NCBI RefSeq assembly: GCF_964355755.1
Contig: NC_092677.1
Coordinates: forward strand, 21,067,175 to 21,131,174
DNA: 64,000 nt
Source: Antedon mediterranea
Lineage: Eukaryota > Animalia > Echinodermata
Direction: 5' to 3'
Positions 11,801 through 25,800 of the stretch are shown here, piece by piece. A program made the translations under genes and the position numbers. The notes beneath the pieces are model-generated. The model did not search any database. It worked only from the letters and a program-made list of their open reading frames with translations, and had not been told where the DNA came from. Every line of letters starts with the position of its first letter. The stretch's first letter is position 1.

Positions 11801-14294
11801 TAAAATCACAGTAGAAACCGTTTTAGACCATTTTGAGCATTTCGTTAAAATTTTTCACAGAAAAACATCAAAGAGCAAAAAATAGCTTAATATCGTATTT
11901 AAAAACGTTTTAGACCATTTTGAGCATTTCGACAAAACTTTTTCACACAAAACATCAAAGTGTACAGATAAGCTTCAAATCGCATTTGGAGACGTTTTAA
12001 ACCATTTTGAGCATTTCGATAAAATTTTACACACAAAAACATCAAAGTGCACAAAATAGCTTAATATGGTATTTAAAAACGTTTTAGACCATTTTGAGCA
12101 TTTCAACAAAACTTTTTCTCACAAAACATCAAAGTGTACAGAATAGCTTCAAATCGCATTTGGAGACGTTTTAGACCATTTTGTGCATTTCGATGAAACT
12201 TGGTTACACAAAAACATCAAAGTGCTTAAAATCACATTTTGAGCATTTCGTTAAAACTTTTCACACAAAAACATCAAAGTCCACAAAATAGCTTAATATC
12301 GTATTTAAAAACGTTTTAGACCATTTTGAGCATTTCGAAAAAACTTTTTCACACAAAACATCAAAGTTTACAAAATAGCTTCAAATCGCATTTGGCGACG
12401 GTTTAGACCATTTTGTGATTTTCGAAAAAACTTGTTAACATAAAAACACCAAAGTGCTCAGAATACCTTCAAATCGCATTTGGAGACGTTTTAGACCATT
12501 TTGTGATTTTCGAAAAAACTTGTTAACATAAAAACACCAAAGTGCTTAGAAAAGCTTCAAATCGCTTTTGGAGACGTTTTAGACCATTTTGTGCATTTCG
12601 ATGAAACTTGGTTACACAAAAACATCAAAGTGCTTAAAATCACATTTTGAGCATTTCGTTAAAACTTTTCACACAAAAACATCAAAGTCCACAAAATAGC
12701 TTAATATCGTATTTAAAAACGTTTTAGACCATTTTGAGCATTTCGAAAAAACTTTTCCACACAAAACATCAAAGTTTACAAAATAGCTTCAAATCGCATT
12801 TGGAGACGTTTTAGACCATTTTGTGATTTTCGAAAAAACTTGTTAACATAAAAACACCAAAGTGCTCAGAATACCTTCAAATCGTGTTTTGAGACGTTTT
12901 AGACCATTTTGTAATTTTCGAAAAAACTTGTTAACATAAAAACACCAAAGTGCTCAGAATACCTTCACATCGCATTTTGAGACGTTTTAGACCATTGTGT
13001 GATTTTCGAAAAAACTTGTTAACATAAAAACACCAAAGTGCTTAGAAAAGCTTGAAATCGCATTTGGAGACGTTTTAGACCATTTTGTGCATTTCGATGA
13101 AACTTGGTTACACAAAAACATCAAAGTGCTTAAAATCACATTTTGAGCATTTCGTTAAAACTTTTCACACAAAAACATCAAAGAGTAATAAATAGCTTAA
13201 TATCGTATTTAAAAACGTTTTAGACCATTTTGAGCATTTCGACAAAATTTTTTCAAACAAAACATCAAAGTGTACAGAATAGCTTTAAATCGCATTTGGA
13301 GACGTTTTAGACCATTTTGTTCATTTCGATGAAACAAAAACACAAAAACATCAAATTGCACAAAATGGCTTAATATGATATGGGAAAACGTTTTAGACCA
13401 TTTTGAACATTTCGTTAAAAGTTTTCACACAAAACATCAAAGTTTACAAAATAGCTTCAAATCGCATTTGGAGACGTTTTAGACCATTTTGTGATTTTCG
13501 TAAAAACTTGTTAACATAAAAACACCAAAGTGCTTAGAAAAGTTTCAAATCGCATTTGGAGACGTTTTAGACCATTTTGTTCATTTCGATGAAACTTGGT
13601 TACACAAAAACATCAAATTGCACAAAATGGCTTAATATGGTATGGGAAAACGTTTTAGACCATTTTGAACATTTCGAGAAAACTTTTTCACACAAAACTT
13701 CAAAGTGTACAGAATAGCTTCAAATCGCATTAGAAACCGTTTTAGACCATTTTGAGCATTTCGAAAAAACTTTTTCACACAAAACATCAAAGTTTACAAA
13801 ATAGCTTCAAATCACATTTGGAGACGTTTTAGACCATTTTGTGATTTTCAAAAAAACTTGTTAACATAAAAACACCAAAGTGCTCAGAATACCTTCAAAT
13901 CACATTTTGAGACGTTTTAGACCATTTTGTGATTTTCGGAAAAACTTGTTAACATAAAAACACCAAAGTGCTTAGAAAAGCTTCAAATCGCATTTGGAGA
14001 CGTTTTAGACCATTTTGTAATTTTCGAAAAAACTTGTTAACATAAAAACATCAAAGTGCTCAGAATACCTTAACATCGCATTTTGAGACGTTTTAGAGCA
14101 TTTTGTGATTTTCGAAAAAACTTGTTAACATAAAAACACCAAAGTGCTTAGAAAAGCTTCAAATCGCATTTGGAGACGTTTTAGACCATTTTGTGCATTT
14201 CGATGAAACTTTGTTACACAAAAACATCAAAGTGCTTAAAATCACATTTTGAGCATTTCGTTAAAACTTTTCACACAAAAACATCAAAGAGTAA
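8804..14294. repeat. Satellite array, transition from subfamily A to subfamily B at about 9.2-9.6 kb
   Basis: The B-type 88 bp monomer (CACCAAAGTGCTCAGAATACCTTC...GTGATTTTCGAAAAAACTTGTTAACATAAAAA; starts at 12447 and 12535) appears from about 9600. Confidence 0.96.
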
Positions 14295-14574
14295 AGCCTG
14301 GTTTCCTGTCGACGTAAGATTTGGAAATGCTAACGTTTGTTACGATTGTTGCGTTTGTCACGTCTCTTCCGTTAAGTTGAACAAAAGTGAACGTCGTTTT
14401 GATCGTTCTGAACCGCAGGCTCACGAGCCGAAAACGACCCTTACGTAAAGTTGACTTTTTTAACTTCAAGCGCTTACGGTCGTCTTATGATCGTTACGTA
14501 AAGTTGAAATTTTTTCTTACGCTTCTGTGTTTGCTCGATCGATGGTTGCCCATGTCAGGCAATTGTTTTTCAGG

Positions 14575-14955
14575 TAGGCAGCCTAGGCTTAGAAAGGCAT
14601 ACATGCTGTGTGGCATATACTGTACATAGGCCTAGCTACATAAAACGGAAAATGCCTAGGCCCAGGCCCAGTCCTACATCATAACCACTACTATTTTACT
14701 GTAATATAGGCCTAGGCAAGAGGCCTGTACTAAAAATGTCCTAGACCGTAGCCTTCTTGTAGGCCTAGCCTAGGCGTACTTAGTAATACTAGGCCTAGGC
14801 TAGCCTACTACTAAAAGCCTTTTTTAGGCCTACCTACTATATAGCCTACTAGGCCCCTAGTACTTAGTAGTAGTAGGCCTCCTATACTAGCCTACTAGGC
14901 TAGGCCCTACAAACAAGTACTAGGCCTATCCCAATTAAGTGGGCCTAGGCTAGCT
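14575..14955. repeat. TAGGCCTA/CCTAGG-rich low-complexity palindromic tract
   Basis: Dense scrambled TAGGCCTA, CCTAGG, GCTAGC and AGTACT words. Confidence 0.8.
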
Positions 14956-15606
14956 TTGGAATTAGGCATAAATTCTCTTTTTTTTAGTGTGACTTTATTT
15001 TATATGATAGGCCAAATAAAAAAAAAACATTTTAACATTTTAATGTATTGGATCTACACACTCTACACACTGATTCCAACTTCTAAACTGCAACAAAAAT
15101 GATCTACAGTGAAACTCTTCTTTTACATGCCCTTTGGTTGGAATGTGTTTAAAAACTAAATGTTTGTAACTAAAAATGTTATCATACTGTACACATAATT
15201 ATAACTAATAACAGTAGTTCAGCTGCTTAACAGGAAAATGCTATAAATTAAAATGTGTAGTCATTAACTTAAGAAAAACAAGTGAAAAACACTTTAAATA
15301 TGTTTAATTATTTTTCTTTGATTTAAAATAATTATTGAAAAGCTTCAACACACTAGTTTTAAAATGTTAAATATTTTTACAGAGCAAATTTTAAACACAA
15401 AATGAGGCCTATAATGATTCCAAAGTAAATACTGCCCAGTACATAGGAAATATCACACTTATTTATTATTAACATTTTTACATGTGAACAGAAAGTCTGC
15501 TTCTAGTACCACTGAAAATTAAACAAAACATTGATATTAACATTGATAATGTATCAACATTGAAAGTGTATGTGTTGCATTTACAAATTGTTTTGCTTTA
15601 TTAAAT

Positions 15607-15714
15607 AGATATACAAGAATGACACCAGAAAGATTGAATCAACTTGTGTCCTTAATTCAGCCCCATCTGAAAGAGAGAAATTACAGTACAGTGTACCACA
15701 GTTTCAGAGTTTAA
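15607..15714 (+). pseudogene. Harbinger transposase N-terminal exon remnant
   Basis: Hand translation gives RYTRMTPERLNQLVSLIQPHLKERNYSTVYHSFRV*, resembling the 'Y-x-RM(S/T)-x-x-x-F-x-x-L-x-x-L-(I/V)-x-P-x-(L/I)' motif of Harbinger/HARBI1-like transposases. It is preceded by an acceptor-like TTGTTTTGCTTTATTAAATAG. Too short for the ORF track. Confidence 0.7.
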
Positions 15715-16853
15715 AAATATGTTTATAGTTTTATAGTACTCAACTTTTTAGATTTATTTAAAGGTTTAATTTCCTGTATCATATATATTGTGTGACACAG
15801 TGTATGCAAAGAAAGTTACTCTATATCACTTAAGGTAATCAGTAAAAGTGTTTGTGTTTGCTTTTTAAAAATGTTTTTAGTTAATAAGTAAGTAATTATA
15901 GTATTTAATTAAAGGTTTATTGTCGGTATTATATATTCTGTATGCCATGGTGTATGCATTTATTATTTTTGAGAATTTATATAAATGGCCTAATCCATAA
16001 AATAGTATTGTGCAGAATGTATTTGTAAATAAATTTATTTAACAAGTATTTACTGTATGCTTCTTATTAATAAGTGTGGAGGGATATTGAATGGCAATAT
16101 TATTTAATAACTTTATTATTATTACTATTATTATCATTATTATTAATTGTTATTAAATATCTTACCTTCTGTATTTAATATTACATCTACTGCATCAGAG
16201 TCTAATAGCATGCTTTTTATAACAACACAAACAACAAAAACATTGATTAGAAAAACTCAGATGGAGCAAATAGTGCCGGTTTAAATTGTTTAAAAACATC
16301 GAATCATTTCTCCTAATAAAAGAATAGTTAATGAACTTAATTACCGGAAGGAGAATATGTCAATAAAATAAAGAAAAGTGTGAATAGAAAGAACTTGAAT
16401 AATTGTACGTTTTTAATATAGGGCTAATTTTTATCCTTTTTTGGTAAAGAGGTGTTGTAAAAAAGCTGCTTTTATTAATGAAATTCGTATTTTCGTATCT
16501 ATTAAAAATAGGCCTATCCTTTTCCATTGTATATCTTGCGCTTACGACTCTTACGCTTACGTAAAGTTGACTCCAAGTCAACTTTACGTAAGAATCGTTA
16601 ATAACGCAACGCAAGTGATCGCAAGCAATAAAATCCCGGTTTCCTGTAAATTCGCGATAAATCGACGTATCAGACGGTGATTCGATACCCCGGTTTCCTG
16701 TCGATCGTCTATTTTTCTTGCGTTTACGTCGATTTCACCAAAATATTGTCGTAAGCGGTTTCCTGTCAAATGTTGGTTTCTTACGTAAAATCGACGTAAC
16801 AATCGTAACTGACGTTAGAAAAACTGACTCTTACGTCGACAGGAAACCAGCCT

Positions 16854-19800
16854 TAAAAAATAGCTTAATATCGTATTTAAAAACGTTTTAGACCATTTTG
16901 AGCATTTCGACAAAATTTTTTCACACAAAACATCAAAGTGTACAGAATAGCTTTAAATCGCATTTGGAGACGTTTTAGACCATTTTGTTCATTTCGATGA
17001 AACAAAAACACAAAAACATCAAATTGCACAAAATGGCTTAATATGATATGGGAAAACGTTTTAGACCATTTTGAACATATCGTTAAAAGTTTTCACACAA
17101 AAACATCAAAGTCCACAAAATAGCTTAATATCGTATTTAAAAACGTTTTAGACCATTTTGAGCATTTCGAAAAATTTTTTCACACAAAACATCAAAGTTT
17201 ACAAAATAGCCTCAAATCGCATTTGGAGACGTTTTAGACCATTTTGTGATTTTCGAAAAAACTTGTTAACATAAAAACACCAAAGTACTCAGAATACCTT
17301 CAAATCGCATTTTGAGACGTTTTAGACCATTTTGTGATTTTCGAAAAAACTTGTTAACATAAAAATACCAAAGTGCTCAGAATACCTTCAAATCGTGTTT
17401 TGAGACGTTTTAGACCATTTTGTGATTTTCGAAAAAACTTGTTAACATAAAAACACCAAAGTGCTCAGAATACCTTCAAATCGCATTTAGAGACGTTTTA
17501 GACCATTTTGTGATTTTCGAAAAAACAACATAAAAGCACCAAAGTGCTCAGAATACCTTCAAATCGCATTTGGAGACGTTTTAGACCATTTTGTGATTTT
17601 CGAAAAAACTTGTTAACATAAAAACACCAAATTTTGAGCATTTCGAAAAAACTTTTTCACACAAAACATCAAAGTTTACAAAATAGCTTCAAAGCGCATT
17701 TGGAGACGTTTTAGACCATTTTGTGATTTTCGAAAAAACTTGTTAACATAAAAACACCAAAGTGCTCAGAATACCTTCAAATCACATTTTGAGACGTTTT
17801 AGACCATTTTGTGATTTTCGAAAAAACTTGTTAACATAAAAATACCAAAGTGCTCAGAATACCTTCAAATCGTGTTTTGAGACGTTTTAGACCATTTTGT
17901 GATTTTCGAAAAAACTTGTTAACATAAAAACACCAAAGTGCTCAGAATACCTTCAAATCGCATTTAGAGACGTTTTAGACCATTTTGTGATTTTCGAAAA
18001 AACTTGTTAACATAAAAACACCAAAGTGCTCAGAAAAGCTTCAAATCGCATTTGGAGACGTTTTAAACCATTTTGTTCATTTCGATGAAACTTGGTTACA
18101 CAAAAACATCAAAGAGCACAAAAGTATTTAAAAACGTTTTAGACCATTTTGAGCATTCCGACAAAACTTTTTCACACAAAACATCAAAGTGTACAGAATA
18201 GCTTTAAATCGCATTTGGAGACGTTTTAGACCATTTTGTAGTTTTCGAAAAAACTTGTTAACATAAAAACACAAAAGAGCTTCAAATCGCATTTGGAGAC
18301 GTTTTAGACCCTTTTGTGCATTTCGATGAAACTTGGTTACACAAAAACATCAAAGTGCTTAAAATCACATTAGAAACTGTTTTAGACCATTTTGAGCATT
18401 TCGTTAAAACTTTTCACACAAAAACATCAAAGTCCACAAAATAGCTTAATATCGTATTCAAAAACGTTTTAGACCATTTTGAGCATTTCGAAAAAACTTT
18501 TTCACACAAAACATCAAAGTTTACAAAATAGCTTCAAATCGCATTTGGAGACGTTTTAGACCATTTTGTGATTTTCGAAAAAACTTGTTAACATAAAAAC
18601 ACCAAAGTGCTCAGAATACCTTCAAATCGCATTTTGAGACGTTTTAGACCATTTTGTGATTTTCGAAAAAACAACATAAAAACACCAAAGTGCTCAGAAT
18701 ACCTTCAAATCGCATTTGGAGACGTTTTAGACCATTTTGTGATTTTGGAAAAAACTTGTTAACATAAAAACACCAAAGTGCTCAGAATACCTTCAAATCG
18801 TATTTTGAGACGTTTTAGACAATTTTGTGATTTTCGAAAAAACTTGTTAACATAAAAACACCAAAGTGCTTAGAAAAGCTTCAAATCGCATTTGGAGACG
18901 TTTTAGACCATTTTGTGCATTTCGATGAAACTTGGTTACACAAAAACATCAAAGTGCTTAAAATCACATTAGAAACTGTTTTAGACCATTTTGAGCATTT
19001 CGTTAAAACTTTTCACACAAAAACATCAAAGTCCACAAAATAGCTTAATATCGTATTCAAAAACGTTTTAGACCATTTTGAGCATTTCGAAAAAACTTGT
19101 TAACATAAAAACACCAAAGTGCTCAGAATACCTTCAAATCGCATTTTGAGACGTTTTAGACCATTTTGTGATTTTCGAAAAAACAACATAAAAACACCAA
19201 AGTGCTCAGAATACCTTCAAATCGCATTTGGAGACGTTTTAGACCATTTTGTGATTTTGGAAAAAACTTGTTAACATAAAAACACCAAAGTGCTCAGAAT
19301 ACCTTCAAATCGTATTTTGAGACGTTTTAGACAATTTTGTGATTTTTGATGAAACTTGGTTACACAAAAACATCAAAGTGTACAGAATAGCTTCAAATCG
19401 CATTAGAAACCGTTTTAGACCATTTTGAGCATTTCGAAAAAACTTTTTCACACAAAACATCAAAGTGTACAAAATAGCTTCAAATCGCATTTGGAGACGT
19501 TTTAGACAATTTTGTGATTTTCGAAAAAACTTGTTTACATAAAAACACCAAAGTGCTAAGAATAGCTTCCAATCGCATTTGGAGACGTTTTAGACCCTTT
19601 TGTGCATTTCGATCAAACTTGGTTACACAAAAACATCAAAGTGCTTAAAATCACATTAGAAACCGTTTTAGACCATTTTGAGCATTTCGTTAAAATTTTT
19701 CACAGAAAAACATCAAAGAGCAAAAAATAGCTTAATATCGTATTTAAAAACGTTTTAGACCATTTTGAGCATTTCGACAAAACTTTTTCACACAAAACAT

Positions 19801-22800
19801 CAAAGTGTACAGAATAGCTTCAAATCGCATTTGGAGACGTTTTAACCCATTTTGAGCATTTCGATAAAATTTTACACACAAAAACATCAAAGTGCACAAA
19901 ATAGCTTAATATGGTATTTAAAAACGTTTTAGAACATTTTGAGCATTTCAACAAAACTTTTTCTCACAAAACATCAAAGTGTACAGAATAGCTTCAAATC
20001 GCATTTGGAGACGTTTTAGACCATTTTGTGATTTTCGAAAAAACTTGTTAACATAAAAACACCAAAGTGCTCAGAATACCTTCAAATCGCATTTGGAGAC
20101 GTTTTAGACCATTTTGTGATTTTCGAAAAAACTTGTTAACATAAAAACACCAAAGTGCTTAGAAAAGCTTCAAATCGCATTTGGAGACGTTTTAGACCAT
20201 TTTGTGCATTTCGATGAAACTTGGTTACACAAAAACATCAAAGTGCTTAAAATCACATTTTGAGCATTTCGTTAAAATTTTTCACACAAAAACATCAAAG
20301 TCCACAAAATAGCTTAATATCGTATTTAAAAACGTTTTAGACCATTTTGAGCATTTCGAAAAAACTTTTCCACACAAAACATCAAAGTTTACAAAATAGC
20401 TTCAAATCGCATTTGGAGACGTTTTAGACCATTTTGTGATTTTCGAAAAAACTTGTTAACATAAAAACACCAAAGTGCTCAGAATACCTTCAAATCGTGT
20501 TTTGAGACGTTTTAGACCATTTTGTAATTTTCGAAAAAACTTGTTAACATAAAAACACCAAAGTCCTCAGAATACCTTCACATCGCATTTTGAGACGTTT
20601 TAGACCATTTTGTGATTTTCGAAAAAACTTGTTAACATAAAAACACCAAAGTGCTTAGAAAAGCTTGAAATCGCATTTGGAGACGTTTTAGACCATTTTG
20701 TGCATTTCGATGAAACCTGGTTACACAAAAACATCAAAGTGCTTAAAATCACATTTTGAGCATTTCGTTAAAACTTTTCACACAAAAACATCAAAGAGTA
20801 ATAAATAGCTTAATATCGTATTTAAAAACGTTTTAGACCATTTTGAGCATTTCGACAAAATTTTTTCAAACAAAACATCAAAGTGTACAGAATAGCTTTA
20901 AATCGCATTTGGAGACGTTTTAGACCATTTTGTTCATTTCGATGAAACAAAAACACAAAAACATCAAATTGCACAAAATGGCTTAATATGATATGGGAAA
21001 ACGTTTTAGACCATTTTGAACATTTCGTTAAAAGTTTTCAAACAAAAACATCAAAGTCCACAAAATAGCTTAATATCGTATTTAAAAACGTTTTAGACCA
21101 TTTTGAGCATTTCGAAAAAACTTTTTCACACAAAACATCAAAGTTTACAAAATAGCTTCAAATCGCATTTTGAGACGTTTTAGACCATTTTGTGATTTTC
21201 GAAAAAACTTGTTAACATAAAAACACCAAAGTGCTCAGAATACCTTCAAATCGCATTTGGAGACGTTTTAGACCATTTTGTGATTTTCGAAAAAACTTGT
21301 TAACATAAAAACACCAAAGTGCTCAGAATACCTTCAAATCGTGTTTTGAGACGTTTTAGACCATTTTGTGATTTTCGAAAAAACTTGTTAACATAAAAAC
21401 ACCAAAGTGCTCAGAATACCTTCAAATCGCATTTGGAGACGTTTTAGACCATTTTGTGATTTTCGTAAAAACTTGTTAACATAAAAACACCAAAGTGCTT
21501 AGAAAAGTTTCAAATCGCATTTGGAGACGTTTTAGACCATTTTGTTCATTTCGATGAAACTTGGTTACACAAAAACATCAAATTGCACAAAATGGCTTAA
21601 TATGGTGTGGGAAAACGTTTTAGACCATTTTGAACATTTCGAGAAAACTTTTTCACACAAAACTTCAAAGTGTACAGAATAGCTTCAAATCGCATTAGAA
21701 ACCGTTTTAGACCATTTTGAGCATTTCGAAAAAAACTTTTTCACACAAAACATCAAAGTTTACAAAATAGCTTCAAATCACATTTGGAGACGTTTTAGAC
21801 CATTTTGTGATTTTCAAAAAAACTTGTTAACATAAAAACACCAAAGTGCTCAGAATACCTTCAAATCGCATTTTGAGACGTTTTAGACCATTTTGTGATT
21901 TTCGGAAAAACTTGTTAACATAAAAACACCAAAGTGCTTAGAAAAGCTTCAAATCGCATTTGGAGACGTTTTAGACCATTTTGTAATTTTCGAAAAAACT
22001 TGTTAACATAAAAACACCAAAGTGCTCAGAATACCTTCACATCGCATTTTGAGACGTTTTAGAACATTTTGTGATTTTCGAAAAAACTTGTTAACATAAA
22101 AACACCAAAGTGCTTAGAAAAGCTTGAAATCGCATTTGGAGACGTTTTAGACCATTTTGTGCATTTCGATGAAACTTTGTTACACAAAAACATCAAAGTG
22201 CTTAAAATCACATTTTGAGCATTTCGTTAAAACTTTTCACACAAAAACATCAAAGAGTAAAAAATAGCTTAATATCGTATTTAAAAACGTTTTAGACCAT
22301 TTTGAGCATTTCGACAAAATTTTTTCACACAAAACATCAAAGTGTACAGAATAGCTTTAAATCGCATTTGGAGACGTTTTAGACCATTTTCTTCATTTCG
22401 ATGAAACAAAAACACAAAAACATCAAATTGCACAAAATGGCTTAATATGATATGGGAAAACGTTTTAGACCATTTTGAACATATCGTTAAAAGTTTTCAC
22501 ACAAAAAAATCAAAGTCCACAAAATAGCTTAATATTGTATTTAAAAACCTTTTAGACCATTTTGAGCATTTCGAAAAATTTTTTCACACAAAACATCAAA
22601 GTTTACAAAATAGCTTCAAATCGCATTTGGAGACGTTTTAGACCATTTTGTGATTTTCGAAAAAACTTGTTAACATAAAAACACCAAAGTACTCAGAATA
22701 CCTTCAAATCGCATTTGGAGACGTTTTAGACCATTTTGTGATTTTCGAAAAAACTTGTTAACATAAAAACACCAAAGTGCTCAGAATACCTTCAAATCGC

Positions 22801-25800
22801 ATTTGGAGACGTTTTAGACCATTTTGTGATTTTCGAAAAAACTTGTTAACATAAAAACACCAAAGTGCTTAGAAAAGCTTCAAATCGCATTTGGAGACGT
22901 TTTAGACCATTTTGTGCATTTCGATGAAACTTGGTTACACAAAAACATCAAAGTGCTTAAAATCACATTTTGAGCATTTCGTTAAAACTTTTCACACAAA
23001 AACATCAAAGTCCACAAAATAGCTTAATATCGTATTTAAAAACGTTTTAGACCATTTTGAGCATTTCGAAAAAACTTTTCCACACAAAACATCAAAGTTT
23101 ACAAAATAGCTTCAAATCGCATTTGGAGACGTTTTAGACCATTTTGTGATTTTCGAAAAAACTTGTTAACATAAAAACACCAAAGTGCTCAGAATACCTT
23201 CAAATCGTGTTTTGAGACTTTTTAGACCATTTTGTAATTTTCGAAAAAACTTGTTAACATAAAAACACCAAAGTGCTCAGAATACCTTTACATCGCATTT
23301 TGAGACGTTTTAGACCATTTTGTGATTTTCGAAAAAACTTGTTAACATAAAAACACCAAAGTGCTTAGAAAAGCTTGAAATCGCATTTGGAGACGTTTTA
23401 GACAATTTTGTGCATTTCGATGAAACTTGGTTACACAAAAACATCAAAGTGCTTAAAATCACATTTTGAGCATTTCGTTAAAACTTTTCACACAAAAACA
23501 TCAAAGAGTAATAAATAGCTTAATATCGTATTTAAAAACGTTTTAGACCATTTTGAGCATTTCGACAAAATTTTTTCAAACAAAACATCAAAGTGTACAG
23601 AATAGCTTTAAATCGCATTTGGAGACGTTTTAGACCATTTTGTTCATTTCGATGAAACAAAAACACAAAAACATCAAATTGCACAAAATGGCTTAATATG
23701 ATATGGGAAAACGTTTTAGACCATTTTGAACATTTCGTTAAAAGTTTTCACACAAAAACATCAAAGTCCACAAAATAGCTTAATATCGTATTTAAAAACG
23801 TTTTAGACCATTTTGAGCATTTCGAAAAAACTTTTCCACACAAAACATCAAAGTTTACAAAATAGCTTCAAATCGCATTTGGAGACGTTTTAGACCATTT
23901 TGTGATTTTCGAAAAAACTTGTTAACATAAAAACACCAAAGTGCTCAGAATACCTTCAAATCGTGTTTTGAGACGTTTTAGACCATTTTGTAATTTTCGA
24001 AAAAACTTGTTAACATAAAAACACCAAAGTGCTCATAATACCTTCACATCGCATTTTGAGACGTTTTAGACCATTTTGTGATTTTCGAAAAAACTTGTTA
24101 ACATAAAAACACCAAAGTGCTTAGAAAAGCTTGAAATCGCATTTGGAGACGTTTTAGACCATTTTGTGCATTTCGATGAAACTTGGTTAAAGTGCTTAAA
24201 ATCACATTTTGAGCATTTCGTTAAAACTTTTCACACAAAAACATCAAAGAGTAAAAAATAGCTTAATATCGTATTTAAAAACGTTTTAGACCATTTTGAG
24301 CATTTCGACAAAATTTTTTCACACAAAACATCAAAGTGTACAGAATAGCTTTAAATCGCATTTGGATACGTTTTAGACCATTTTGTTCATTTCGATGAAA
24401 CAAAAACACAAAAACATCAAATTGCACAAAATGGCTTAATATGATATGGGAAAACGTTTTAGACCCTTTTGAACATTTCGTTAAAAGTTTTCACAAAAAA
24501 ACATCAAAGTCCACAAAATAGCTTAATATCGTATTTAAAAACGTTTTAGACCATTTTGAGCATTTCGAAAAAACTTTTTCACACAAAACATCAAAGTTTA
24601 CAAAATAGCTTCAAATCGCATTTGGAGACGTTTTAGACCATTTTGTGATTTTCGAAAAAAACTTGTTAACATAAAAACACCAAAGTGCTCAGAATACCTT
24701 CAAATCGCATTTTGAGACGTTTTAGACCATTTTGTGATTTTCGAAAAAACTTGTTAACATAAAAACACCAAAGTGCTCAGAATACCTTCAAATCGTGTTT
24801 TGAGACGTTTTAGACCATTTTGTGATTTTGGAAAAACTTGTTAACATAAAAACACCAAAGTGCTCAGAATACCTTCAAATCGCATTTGGAGACGTTTTAG
24901 ACCATTTTGTGATTTTCGAAAAAACTTGTTAACATAAAAACACCAAAGTGCTCAGAAAAGCTTCAAATCGCAATTGGAGACGTTTTAAACCATTTTGTTC
25001 ATTTCGATGAAACTTGGTTACACAAAAACATCAAATTGCACAAAATGGCTTAATATGGTATGGGAAAACGTTTTAGACCATTTTGAACATTTCGAGAAAA
25101 CTTTTTCACACAAAACTTCAAAGTGTACAGAATAGCTTCAAATCGCATTAGAAACCGTTTTAGACCATTTTGAGCATTTCGAAAAAACTTTTTCACACAA
25201 AACATCAAAGTTTACAAAATAGCTTCAAATCGCATTTGGAGACGTTTTAGACCATTTTGTGATTTTCGAAAAAACTTGTTAACATAAAAACACCAAAGTG
25301 CTCAGAATACCTTCAAATCGCATTTTGAGACGTTTTAGACCATTTTGTGATTTTCGAAAAAACTTGTTAACATAAAAATACCAAGGTGCTCAGAATACCT
25401 TCAAATCGTGTTTTGAGACGTTTTAGACCATTTTGTGATTTTCGAAAAAACTTGTTAACATAAAAACACCAAAGTGCTCAGAATACCTTCAAATCGCATT
25501 TGGAGACGTTTTAGACCATTTTGTGATTTTCGAAAAAACTTGTTAACATAAAAACACCAAAGTGCTCAGAAAAGCTTCAAATCGCATTTGGAGACGTTTT
25601 AAACCATTTTGTTCATTTCGATGAAACTTGGTTACACAAAAACATCAAAGAGCACAAAAGTATTTAAAAACGTTTTAGACCATTTTGAGCATTCCGACAA
25701 AACTTTTTCACACAAAACATCAAAGTGTACAGAATAGCTTTAAATCGCATTTGGAGACGTTTTAGACCATTTTGTAGTTTTCGAAAAAACTTGTTAACAT

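Larger units (their letters stand above)
14295..16853 (+). mobile_element. Non-autonomous PIF/Harbinger DNA transposon (2559 bp)
   Basis: 25 bp TIRs AG(C/G)CTGGTTTCCTGTCGACGTAAGA at 14295-14319 and 16829-16853 (24/25 match). TAA TSD at 14292-14294 and 16854-16856 relative to the empty site GAG-TAA-AAAATAGC (e.g. near 22255). An internal transposase remnant is present. Confidence 0.92.

Noticed and set aside
14191-16802. Short overlapping ORFs at the Harbinger ends
   Set aside because: They lie in subterminal motif regions and show no recognisable transposase or Myb domain.
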